A DNA stretch of 64,000 nucleotides. Origin: Nitrospirales bacterium (GTDB lineage Bacteria > Nitrospirota > Nitrospiria > Nitrospirales > UBA8639). The DNA is taken from positions 1,664,001-1,728,000 of the forward strand of contig OY820905.2 in assembly GCA_963555755.3 (NCBI GenBank), read 5' to 3'. Made by a program: the position numbers and the translations under genes. Positions 51,321 to 60,377 of the stretch are shown in pieces. The notes under the pieces were generated by a model. It ran no database searches, was not told the DNA's origin, and was given only the letters and a program-made list of their open reading frames with translations. Position 1 is the first letter of the stretch. Each line of letters starts with the position of its first letter.

Positions 51321-51644
51321 GACTCGAAGAACGACTAAACTAAATGGGGAAGCACCATAAACCTATCGACCTCATTAGGGAGAAGGATCAACATTGGAGA
51401 AACCGTCCGTGGGTTGGGAGCTCCACAAGATATATGCAAGATGTTTAAGGAAGGTCAAAAAGAATCTTATCCAGGGTTTGAACACCTTGTTGGCAAATAA
51501 TTTGAAAGTACAAGGATTTGATGAATAAGGTTTTGCGGAATTCTCTTTCAGAATTCGAAAAGGACGCTACAAAGGACTACATTTCGTTTGGATTGAACCC
51601 TTTCTTCTAAAAGTTCGACAGCAGCGAAATAAAACCTGACTTAC

Positions 51645-51732
51645 GGAGAGGTGCGAGAGTGGCCGAATCGGGCGGTCTCGAAAACCGTTGACCTGAAAGG
51701 GTCCGTGGGTTCGAATCCCACCCTCTCCGCCA
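51645..51732 (+). tRNA. tRNA-Ser(CGA)
   Basis: GGAGAGG/CCTCTCC acceptor stem, CT-CGA-AA loop, long variable arm, GTTCGAATC and GCCA end. Confidence 0.95.
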
Positions 51733-52298
51733 ATTCACTAGGGTTTGTATCAGATGTAGGCCAGAGACAACACGTTCGTGTATTAACTTTCATGGCCTAA
51801 CACCAATGGGTAAACCACCTTCTAGGTATTCACCCTATTGACAAAACTATTTACAAACGTCATGGTCTTTAAACTTCCCAGTTTTCATAACTGCCTAATA
51901 TTCCTAAAGGTTTTTTTGTTTTACGCTTGGCCTTATTCTTGCTTCTCTTTTGATCAACCCTCACTTTCTTCAAACGGAGAACTGCATGAATTGCCATGAC
52001 AAAATCTCGAAAGATCCACGTATCACGCTGCCACTGGCTGAATTGTTAAAAAAAATACAAGAAACATTGAATCCCCCTCAGGAACCGACCAACCACTCAC
52101 CTTTTTCCAACACCCAGGATTCGCCCTCTTCCAAGACACAAGGCAAGCCATAGACCGTTTGACTTTCCAGAATTCGGATTATCACTTTGAATCCTACCCA
52201 TCGGGGATGAGCTATCATCCAAAAGAGCTACGTCATCCGTTGTAAGACGGAACCATGGTTGCATAGGCTAGTGAACCTCTAGCGCATCCTCCTTTTGT

Positions 52299-52338
52299 GA
52301 AAGGGCCTACTCGGGTTTTTCGAGTAGGCCCTTTCTTT
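52299..52338 (+). terminator. Strong hairpin, probable terminator
   Basis: gaaagggcctactcg-ggttttt-cgagtaggccctttc. Confidence 0.7.
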
Positions 52339-52426
52339 GGGGTATTCCTGACGACATCATGTTCCAACCATTCACCTGTGTACCACACCTTAGGTTTTCC
52401 TCGCCATTGACCTTCTGCTCTATTCA

Positions 52427-52590
52427 ACCTAGAAACGGCAGTTGGGCGCAAAAAAGACGTGTAAGATATTGGTGTGCATGGTGAAATACAAAAAGTCGTG
52501 TCACCTCTCTGGTGATGAGACCTTTTTGTATTTTGCCAGGTGCGCCAAGGGCTTGCGCGGACTTTTGTGATCCAACTGCCGTTTCTAGGT
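52427..52590. mobile_element. MITE family A copy 2 (no nested inserts, 164 bp)
   Basis: TIR acctagaaacggcagttgg; TCA on both flanks. Confidence 0.85.
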
Positions 52591-52695
52591 TCAACCTAGG
52601 AGCCTGTCCCAGAGCAGTCAAACGGCCCACGTGCGTTGCGATAGAAAGACATTCTGAATGGATTCTGAGTAAAACGTGAACAGTAAGGAGAGACG

Positions 52696-53937
52696 CTACA
52701 AACTACGTAGGTTCGGGGTACGTCGATGAGGCGTCTTTTCTTGCATGGTGAGGGGTAAAATCGCATCCAAGAAGTGATGCGCGATGAGGGGTTTGGCCAT
52801 TCTGGCAAGGTGTTGCACCTCTCCAGTCCGGGTCAAAAGCGTCAGCTCATTGGTGTCGTTTCCAAAGGCACAATCCGGCCCACTGACGTGATTGATCGCA
52901 ATCAAGTCGAGGGATTTTTGCTGAAGTTTCTTTTTCCCATTTTCGATGTGATGATCGGTTTCCGCTGCAAAGCCAACCAAAATTTGGTGAGTTCGCTGTT
53001 GTGATAATCCAGCGAGGATATCAGGGGTTCGTTCCAGTTCAAGGGGCTCTCCAGTCCACTCGTCCTTTTTGATCTTTTGTGTCGTGATCTGGCGTAGTCG
53101 AAAATCTCCGATTGCCGCGGTCATGATCAGCACAGTCGCCCAAGAAAATCGGTCCTGAAGGACCTGCTGCATATTCTCAGCGGTAATCACCGAAATCGTT
53201 TCAACGTTCGCTGGAGGAGTTAAGAATGTCGGCCCACTCACAAGCACCACCTCGGCTCCCCGTTGGGCCGCGGCTTCGGCACAGGCATATCCCATTTTTC
53301 CTGTGGAGGCATTCGTCATAAACCGGACCGCGTCAATGGGTTCCCTGGTCGGTCCGGCAGAAACCAAGACGCGCTGTCCAACCCAATCCTGTTGACGGCA
53401 CACGCAGGCATCGACAGCCGCCAGAATGGCCTCTTCTGAAGGCAGCCGCCCCTTTCCAATCAACCCCGAGGCTAACCCACCTTCTTCGGGTTCAAGAACC
53501 GTGACCCCACGTTGACGAAGGATGCGCGTATGGTCAACCACGGAAGGATGATCCCACATGTCCCCATCCATGGCTGGAGCCATGACTATCGGACACCGGG
53601 CGGCCAATATCATTGTACTCAAGAGATCATCGGCTAAACCCAACGCGCTCTTGGCCAGCATGTTGGCTGTGGTCGGGGCCACAAGCACCAGATCAGCAGA
53701 TTCCGTCAAGGTGAGATGCGGCATGGGAGCTCGGTCAGAAAACAGCTCTTGATACACCGGCTGCTTCGACAGCACTTCAAATGTGAGTGGGGCCACAAAC
53801 TGCGTGGCGGATGACGTCATCACCACGGAAACGTTCGCCCCTTCCTCAACAAGGGAGCGAAGAAGAGACACGGCCTTATAGGCGGCAATACTCCCGGTCA
53901 CCCCAAGAACGATTCGCGTATTGTCCCATTTTCCCAT
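52696..53937 (-). CDS. coaBC: Phosphopantothenoylcysteine decarboxylase/synthetase
   Basis: GVTGSIAAYK, APAM, AGPTRE and VGFAAET. Confidence 0.96.
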   Translation of the reverse strand: MGKWDNTRIVLGVTGSIAAYKAVSLLRSLVEEGANVSVVMTSSATQFVAPLTFEVLSKQPVYQELFSDRAPMPHLTLTESADLVLVAPTTANMLAKSALGLADDLLSTMILAARCPIVMAPAMDGDMWDHPSVVDHTRILRQRGVTVLEPEEGGLASGLIGKGRLPSEEAILAAVDACVCRQQDWVGQRVLVSAGPTREPIDAVRFMTNASTGKMGYACAEAAAQRGAEVVLVSGPTFLTPPANVETISVITAENMQQVLQDRFSWATVLIMTAAIGDFRLRQITTQKIKKDEWTGEPLELERTPDILAGLSQQRTHQILVGFAAETDHHIENGKKKLQQKSLDLIAINHVSGPDCAFGNDTNELTLLTRTGEVQHLARMAKPLIAHHFLDAILPLTMQEKTPHRRTPNLRSL

Positions 53938-53957
53938 GGAGATAACGTGGAATAACC

Positions 53958-54341
53958 TTATTTGGTTGACTTAGTCGTTTCAGTCGCTTCTGCTGGCTCG
54001 GCCGCTTTCGGGGTATCGTCAATATACACACTCAATTGTTTTTGAATTTCTTTGGCGTTTTCATCGCTCTCGATCAAGAGGGAATGGTCAAACTCCGGTC
54101 CGACACTGCGCTTGGCGTCACGGATCGCTTCTCGAGCATCTTCCCCAATAAAATAAGGCACATCACCACGCAGCACCTCTTCCAGGGCCATGGATGTTTC
54201 TTTTGCATATTTGCTGGTCTCGGCCTGTTTCCCACTCCGCATGATTTGCTTGGCTCGCTGGGCCGCCACAAGAACCACCCGGTAGCGGGAATCAAATAGT
54301 TCACTGTTGTCATCAGGCAGTAACGGAAGCGTATCAATCAT
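53958..54341 (-). CDS. rpoZ: RNA polymerase omega subunit
   Basis: SRYRVVLVAAQRAKQ and ALEE; lies between gmk and coaBC. Confidence 0.9.
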   Translation of the reverse strand: MIDTLPLLPDDNSELFDSRYRVVLVAAQRAKQIMRSGKQAETSKYAKETSMALEEVLRGDVPYFIGEDAREAIRDAKRSVGPEFDHSLLIESDENAKEIQKQLSVYIDDTPKAAEPAEATETTKSTK

Positions 54342-54364
54342 AATGGAGACTCCTTTTTGCTGCT

Positions 54365-55012
54365 TTAGAATATTGTTGAATTTTCCTGAATCGCATTTTC
54401 TTCGATTAATCCCTTTTCCTTGAGCCATTGTGTATTCAGCCGCTCGGTTTTGACACGTTCTGCAAGGAGAATAGATTCGAGTTCTTTGGTGGCTTGCGGT
54501 AACTCCTCATTACGAATCAAGTAATGATAGGAACGAAAATTGGCAATTTCATCACTCGCGCGTTGAAGACGGAGCTGAATTTCATCAGGTGAATCTGACG
54601 CTCGTCGATTTAACCGTGTCCGCAACACCTCTAAGGACGGGGGCGTAACAAAGACATAGACCGCACCCGAAAACCGCTTCAGGATCTGACGGGCACCTTG
54701 GGCATCAATATCTAACAAGACGTCAGTCCCTTGATTCATCGCCTCCTCCAGCTGCCGCTGTGGGGTTCCATATAAATTCCCGTAGACTTCAGCCCACTCC
54801 ACAAATTCATCACGCTGAATCATCTCACGAAACTGGCCTTCATCAGTAAAACAATAATCCACCCCATCTTGTTCGCCTGGCCGAGGATTTCTTGTGGTAT
54901 AGGATACTGAGAGTATCGTCTGAGGAACTTGTGCAATCATCGTCTTGCACAAGGTGCTTTTTCCTACACCAGAAGGCCCTGATACCACAAATAATATACC
55001 GGTTCGATTCAT
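54365..55012 (-). CDS. gmk: Guanylate kinase
   Basis: SGPSGVGKST, SYTTRNPRPGE and YGT. Confidence 0.97.
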   Translation of the reverse strand: MNRTGILFVVSGPSGVGKSTLCKTMIAQVPQTILSVSYTTRNPRPGEQDGVDYCFTDEGQFREMIQRDEFVEWAEVYGNLYGTPQRQLEEAMNQGTDVLLDIDAQGARQILKRFSGAVYVFVTPPSLEVLRTRLNRRASDSPDEIQLRLQRASDEIANFRSYHYLIRNEELPQATKELESILLAERVKTERLNTQWLKEKGLIEENAIQENSTIF

Positions 55013-55062
55013 GCTTCTTTACTCGTAACTTTGGTGAAGGGGTAGCCCGATTTGAACCCCAT

Positions 55063-55146
55063 CGTGATGCGTGACCCGTAATGCGTGAAGCGTAAGGACC
55101 TGAGAGAAGTTTAGGACGCTTCACGCCTTACGCTTTACACATCACG
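55063..55146. repeat. Inverted arrays of degenerate heptamers
   Basis: cgtgatg cgtgacc cgtaatg cgtgaag cgtaagg ... cgcttca cgcctta cgcttta cacatca cg. Confidence 0.7.
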
Positions 55147-55154
55147 TCCGTAGA

Positions 55155-56033
55155 TTATTCCACATTTTGCACTTGTTCGCGAATCTTTTCCAGTTCCGCT
55201 TTAAGCTGGACTACAGACTTGGAAATATCGGCATCGTTGGCCTTCGACCCAATGGTGTTCACTTCTCGCCCCATTTCCTGTAGCAAAAAGTCTAACTGCC
55301 GGCCAACGGGCTCTTTGCTTTTCACCATCGCATCAAATTGCTGGCCATGACTATCAAGCCGAGTGAGTTCTTCTGTGATGTCACACCGATCGGCGAACAT
55401 CGCTAATTCCTGTCTGAGCCGTTGGTCGTCAACCGCACCATTGCCCAGGACATCTTTGATACGCACCTTCATGCGATCATAGTAGCCTTTGGTCACCTTC
55501 GGCAACCGGCGACGAATGTGGCCCTGAACCTGTTGGACCACCTGAATACGTTTCATCATATCCGTCTGTAAGGCTTTCCCTTCACGCCGACGCATACGAT
55601 CGAGATCGTCCACCGCTCCCGACACCAAGCGTTTGACGACCCGGTTCACCGCTTTTGGGTCAACCATGTGCTCCCCCACAGAGAAAATCTCACGAAATGA
55701 TCCCAATAAGGAAACATCGACACTCCCACCTAATTTGAGATCTCGCTGCATCTCTCGAAGGACCTGATGATATTGCCGAGCCATGTGACGATCCAGCTTT
55801 AAGGTTTTGGAGGTTTCTTTCCCCCCGCCACACACCACAGACACCTCAATTCGCCCTCGACTGCACTGCTTGGCGACCACCGCTTTCAGTTCTTCCTCCA
55901 GCTCCGCTTTTCCTTTGGGGAGACGCATCACAATTTCCCGGAATCGATGATTCACCGATCGAATTTCCACAGAAATGGTCATGCCCTGAACTGCGGCTTC
56001 ACGTTTTCCAAATCCTGTCATGCTGTTTATCAT
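55155..56033 (-). CDS. yicC: YicC/YloC-family endoribonuclease
   Basis: SMTGFG, EIRSVNHR, LDFLLQEMGREVNTIGSK and REQVQNVE. Confidence 0.95.
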   Translation of the reverse strand: MINSMTGFGKREAAVQGMTISVEIRSVNHRFREIVMRLPKGKAELEEELKAVVAKQCSRGRIEVSVVCGGGKETSKTLKLDRHMARQYHQVLREMQRDLKLGGSVDVSLLGSFREIFSVGEHMVDPKAVNRVVKRLVSGAVDDLDRMRRREGKALQTDMMKRIQVVQQVQGHIRRRLPKVTKGYYDRMKVRIKDVLGNGAVDDQRLRQELAMFADRCDITEELTRLDSHGQQFDAMVKSKEPVGRQLDFLLQEMGREVNTIGSKANDADISKSVVQLKAELEKIREQVQNVE

Positions 56034-56677
56034 GATCGCGCTATTTTCCCCTTCCATTCGCACGCTGAATAAATCACACAGGACTCGCACCTTGGCGTGC
56101 GCGCCACACACACATAGCGACCGTGAAGCAACAACCGCTGTGAACCACCGGTCCAATCTTTTTGAGGAAGCAAGACTTGAAGATCATATTCAATTTTTGT
56201 GGGATCAGCATAAGCCGTGAGATGCAACCGATTGGCCACTCGTTTCACATGAGTATCAACAATAATCCCGGGTTTCTGAAAGCACGCACCCAATATCACA
56301 TTCGCTGTTTTTCTCCCAATGCCCGGCAATGAGGTTAACTCTTCCATCGTGGCCGGAACTTTGCCATCGAATTGATGAACCAAGGCTTGACTGCAATGAA
56401 TTAAGCTCTTGGCTTTATTGCGATAAAACCCCGTCGAATGAATAATCGTTTCAAGCTCAGCAGGCTTAGCCTTGGACAACTGTTGCGGTCCTGGATATTT
56501 CGCAAACAGTGTTGGCGTCACTCCATTGACCCGTTCATCCGTACACTGAGCAGACAAAATAGTGGCGACAAGCAATTCAAATGGCACGCGGTGTTGAAGT
56601 TCAACAATCGCCTCAGGCATGGTCCGCTTGAGTGTCGAGATGATTCGACGGGCCCGCGCTTTTGCATCCAGTTTCAC
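56030..56677 (-). CDS. nth: Endonuclease III
   Basis: LSAQCTD, LPGIGRKTAN, VDTHV and 4Fe-4S Cys motif. Confidence 0.96.
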   Translation of the reverse strand: MKLDAKARARRIISTLKRTMPEAIVELQHRVPFELLVATILSAQCTDERVNGVTPTLFAKYPGPQQLSKAKPAELETIIHSTGFYRNKAKSLIHCSQALVHQFDGKVPATMEELTSLPGIGRKTANVILGACFQKPGIIVDTHVKRVANRLHLTAYADPTKIEYDLQVLLPQKDWTGGSQRLLLHGRYVCVARTPRCESCVIYSACEWKGKIARS

Positions 56678-56701
56678 CTACGTTCACATTTCCATGGCAG
56701 T

Positions 56702-56824
56702 GGGGGCTGTTGAAAAAGTCCGCCAGCGGCGTTCTCGGCCCGTTGTCGTGCTCACGTACGCGCGTACGCTCCGCGCGCCAACGGCCCTGTGGCCTTGCTG
56801 GACGGGCCTTTTTGAACAGCCCCC
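56702..56824. mobile_element. MITE family G copy 1
   Basis: TIR gggggctgtt(g/c)aaaaag. Confidence 0.75.
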
Positions 56825-56952
56825 CTTCCTCTAGGCACTCGAGGAGTTAGGCGACAATCGACATTTTATTTTTTTGAAATTATTCAACCGTCCCCCTTAG
56901 TTAAATTCGAGGTTACTTCGCCAGAGTTTTAGGCCTAAGAAGCCGAGCATAC

Positions 56953-57131
56953 GTGCCTGTGACACAATAACTTTGAAATCTCGCATCCCATCTTCGGGCC
57001 ATCTTTGAACGGGTCTCAATCGAAAAAGCCTCAACATCGCCGTGCGATGCCTCGCCTTTTCCTCAATCGTTCCGTCCAAATCCGACCCAAATCTAGGCGC
57101 GATATTGTCATAGCTATTGTGTCACAGGCAC
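56953..57131. mobile_element. MITE family D copy 3 (inverted, variant TIR)
   Basis: Interior matches D1/D2; TIR gtgcctgtgacacaata; supplies the hflX stop. Confidence 0.8.
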
Positions 57132-58805
57132 TAACGGGCTTTCGGCTTCGCCATCGTCCGCATCCAGGATCTGGCCTTCTCCCACCCATCCTAACCCTTC
57201 GGCAATGGCCGAGTGAACGAGAGGCAGCGTCTCTTTATGAATGGCCGACACTCCCACAGCCTGGTTCCTGCGGCACAGGGATTCCACTTCATGAGGCTGT
57301 AACCGATCACATTTATTCATCACAAAAATTCGTGGCACTTGGGCTAATTCCAGCTCCGCGAGAATGTTTTCAACGACCTGCATTTGCTGACCAAAATCCG
57401 AGGCACTCGCATCGATGACATGCAACAATAAGTCTGCATCATGCAACTCCTCAAGGGTGCTTCGAAAGGCTTTCAATAATCCTTGAGGCAGGTCTCGAAT
57501 AAAACCGACCGTATCGGTGATGATGACTTCCTGTCCCATGGGCAATCGCAAGCGACGACTCACGGTATCGAGTGTCTCAAACGGCCGATCCTCAACCGAT
57601 ACCTGACTACCCGTCAACGCATTGAGCAAGGTGGATTTCCCCGCATTGGTATAGCCGACAATCGAAACTACAGGGACCTGGTTGCGTGTACGCTTGGTCC
57701 GTTGTTGAATCCGTTGCTTGGTCAAAGAATCCAATTGACACTCAAGATGACTCACGCGGTCACGGACTCGCCGAAGATCCGTTTCCAGTTTGGTTTCCCC
57801 AGGACCTCGCGCCCCAATACCACCACCTAATCGAGAAAAGGCTGTACTGGATTGAGAGAGTCGCGGCAACAGATACTTCAGCTGAGCCAACTCAACCTGG
57901 ACTTTTCCGGATCGGGAATGCGCCCGTCTCGCAAAAATATCTAAAATAACCTGCGTGCGATCCAGAACTTTCATCTCGGTCATTTTTGAAATTGATCGAA
58001 TCTGGGTGGGGGTGAGATCTCGATCAAAAATCAACATTTCCGCGCCGCTTTCGAGAGCATGAATAATCACCTCGGTCAACTTTCCGGCTCCTAGGACATA
58101 TTTGGGATTCACCTTCGTTAGGCGTTGTTCTATAGTTCCTAAGACCTCGATCCCTTGAGAGACCATGAGTTGCCTGGTCTCTTCGAGTCGTTCTTCTTGC
58201 TCAACAGGACTTCTTGAAAACACACTGATGAGCAACGCTCCCGGCCGATCATTCGTCGTTCGAAGCGAGGGGGTTTCTTGAGTGATTTCCGATTCTAGGG
58301 ATTGGACGAACTCCTGACATTCCATGTGAAAAGAATGAAACGCCGTCCGCCCTAATTCCGCGTAAGACTTTCCTGCAGGGTTTGGCGGAAGGAGGTGAGC
58401 CACGGAGATATGCGCCGGCTCTCCATGTTCTCCTACTCCAATTGCGACCATCAAATCCAAACGCAGCAACGCAAGGTCGGTTAAATCATCCTTGGTCAAG
58501 GGCTGATCTTTGAGGTGCGTGTGCACAAAGCGCACACCTCTCAACAACCGAGGGCCGGATCGGCTACGCGCGAGAAGAGGAATCACGAGTTGCCGATCGG
58601 TGCCGACGATAACCGACTCGATCACTCCTCGTCGATTGATCAAAAAACCAATTTGCCGACGCATCTCGTGTGACAATTCCGTTGCCGCACGTGCTAATTC
58701 TGGCGTGATGACACGCTCAACCGGAATACGCCGCCGATAGAATCGCCCGAGGCGTGCCAATTGGCTGGCTTTGAGCCCACTCAGATATCCTGTAGGATCC
58801 GGGAT
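57114..58805 (-). CDS. hflX: GTPase HflX, long form, probable ATC start
   Basis: HTH-containing N-terminal extension, GPGETKLE, GYTNAGKST and DTVGFI; AAGGAGG lies 8 nt before an in-frame ATC. Confidence 0.93.
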   Translation of the reverse strand: MPDPTGYLSGLKASQLARLGRFYRRRIPVERVITPELARAATELSHEMRRQIGFLINRRGVIESVIVGTDRQLVIPLLARSRSGPRLLRGVRFVHTHLKDQPLTKDDLTDLALLRLDLMVAIGVGEHGEPAHISVAHLLPPNPAGKSYAELGRTAFHSFHMECQEFVQSLESEITQETPSLRTTNDRPGALLISVFSRSPVEQEERLEETRQLMVSQGIEVLGTIEQRLTKVNPKYVLGAGKLTEVIIHALESGAEMLIFDRDLTPTQIRSISKMTEMKVLDRTQVILDIFARRAHSRSGKVQVELAQLKYLLPRLSQSSTAFSRLGGGIGARGPGETKLETDLRRVRDRVSHLECQLDSLTKQRIQQRTKRTRNQVPVVSIVGYTNAGKSTLLNALTGSQVSVEDRPFETLDTVSRRLRLPMGQEVIITDTVGFIRDLPQGLLKAFRSTLEELHDADLLLHVIDASASDFGQQMQVVENILAELELAQVPRIFVMNKCDRLQPHEVESLCRRNQAVGVSAIHKETLPLVHSAIAEGLGWVGEGQILDADDGEAESPLVPVTQ

Positions 58806-58822
58806 GGACTGACCCTCCTTGA

Positions 58823-58872
58823 ACCTGGAAACAGCAGTTGAACCACAAAAGTCTACGCAAGCTCTTGGCGCA
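58823..58872. mobile_element. MITE family A end fragment
   Basis: Reverse complement of the family A right end, preceded by TGA. Confidence 0.7.
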
Positions 58873-58878
58873 ACCTAG

Positions 58879-59207
58879 GTGCCTGTCCAAGATTAGACTG
58901 ATCTACTACGGACGTACTGGATGTGGCCAGATCTTCCGATCCTTTTTGGGGAATGTTGAAAAAGGCCCCCAGCTGCGTTCTCGGGCTTTTGGCGTGCTCA
59001 CGTACTCCGTGTACGCTCCGCCCGCCAAGCCTACTCCGCCAAAGTAGCCTTGGGCTACGAAGGCCGGGAAGCCCTGCGGCCTTGCTGGATGGCCTTTTTG
59101 AACATTCCCCCTTCTCGTTGAATAGTCCCACTATTCGCCTCACACGATCGAAACATCTGACTCAAACCCGCACAATCTCGCGACGATCCCTAATGTCGGA
59201 CAGCCTC
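58879..59207. mobile_element. MITE family E copy 3 with nested MITE G copy 2 (58948-59110)
   Basis: E halves colinear with 49030-49189; flanks ctag/ctaa; G TIR ggggaatgtt(g/c)aaaaag. Confidence 0.82.
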
Positions 59208-60259
59208 CTAAGTTGAAGATTCGCCTTGGCATCCACATCCCAGGATGCCAAATCTCCTCGATCGTACGCCCAAAGTCCTGCTGTGGCAATCATCGCAGCA
59301 TTGTCCGTGCACAATCCAAGGCTTGGCACAATCAGTTGCACTCCGAATTCAGCCGACCGATCCTTGAGTACGGCCCGAAGACGACTATTAGCCGAGACCC
59401 CGCCAACTACGGCTACCGTTTTCACCTTGTAACAACGAACGGCACGAAAGGTTTTTTCAACTAACACGTCGACTATCGCTTCTTGATAACCCGCCGCCAC
59501 ATCGGCGAGAACACAGTCCTGCCCATTTTTTTTTAGATCTCTGAGGTAATACAACAAGGAAGTTTTGAGTCCACTGAAACTAAAGTTCAACCCGCCTCGA
59601 TTCAGGTACGGCCGTGGGAACCGAACCGCCTGAGGATTTCCCGAACGCGCTAGTTGATCAAGTGCCGGCCCACCGGGAAAGTCCAACCCAAGCATTTTGG
59701 CCCCTTTATCAAACGCTTCTCCTGCGGCATCATCCAGGGTCCGGCCAATGAGATGGTATTCCTGGAGCTGTGGCACGAAGTATACATGCGTATGTCCGCC
59801 TGATACGATTAAAATCACGCATGGTGTGCCGAGCTCTGGCTGCTCCACCCAAGCCGACGCCAGGTGTCCCTCAAGATGATTCACGGCAATCCACGGAATG
59901 CCCTGCGCGTAGGCCAAGGCTTTCCCAAAACTCACCCCAACCAAAAGCGCACCGGCCAACCCAGGGCCTTGGGTCACGGCAATGGCTTTGACATCTGCCA
60001 AATTGATTTTTGCACAACGGAGGGCCTCCTGAACAATATCCTCGATTTGCTCCGTATGTTTCCGCGAAGCCAGTTCCGGGACAACACCTCCAAATCGTCG
60101 ATGCACTTCATGTTGGGAAGCCACGATATTGGAGCACAACACCCCGTCTAGCGATAACACCGCCGCAGCGGTTTCATCGCACGAGGTTTCAATCCCCAGA
60201 ATGTATCCACGTTCTGCTGATGTTCTGTCCAAAGCGTTGGAATGATTTTGCAAAATCAT
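59162..60259 (-). CDS. tsaD: tRNA t6A37 threonylcarbamoyltransferase subunit
   Basis: LGIETSCDET, GGVVPE, HLEGH, SGGHT and TDNAAMI. Confidence 0.96.
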   Translation of the reverse strand: MILQNHSNALDRTSAERGYILGIETSCDETAAAVLSLDGVLCSNIVASQHEVHRRFGGVVPELASRKHTEQIEDIVQEALRCAKINLADVKAIAVTQGPGLAGALLVGVSFGKALAYAQGIPWIAVNHLEGHLASAWVEQPELGTPCVILIVSGGHTHVYFVPQLQEYHLIGRTLDDAAGEAFDKGAKMLGLDFPGGPALDQLARSGNPQAVRFPRPYLNRGGLNFSFSGLKTSLLYYLRDLKKNGQDCVLADVAAGYQEAIVDVLVEKTFRAVRCYKVKTVAVVGGVSANSRLRAVLKDRSAEFGVQLIVPSLGLCTDNAAMIATAGLWAYDRGDLASWDVDAKANLQLRRLSDIRDRREIVRV

Positions 60260-60294
60260 TCAGGTGGCAGGAAGTTATTTAACCATAAAAACAC

Positions 60295-60330
60295 AACGAC
60301 CCTCATCGCTCGTCGGCCATGAGGGTCGTT
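60295..60330 (-). terminator. Hairpin downstream of clpC
   Basis: aacgaccctcat...atgagggtcgtt. Confidence 0.6.
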
Positions 60331-60377
60331 CTCTGTCTTACACAATAGTATGGTGTCACAGTCGAAAGGTCATGAGG

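Noticed and set aside
27406..51732. Genomic island bounded by the tRNA fragments and tRNA-Ser(CGA)
   Set aside because: The sequences differ, the orientation is inverted, and the interval contains core housekeeping genes.
51950..52153. 67-aa ORF with CMNCH (heme-binding-like motif)
   Set aside because: No signal peptide and a weak start; cannot be supported as a cytochrome, though a small protein is possible.
52205..52290. SAM-I riboswitch
   Set aside because: Only a superficial atc..agag similarity; the other conserved elements and a downstream gene are missing.
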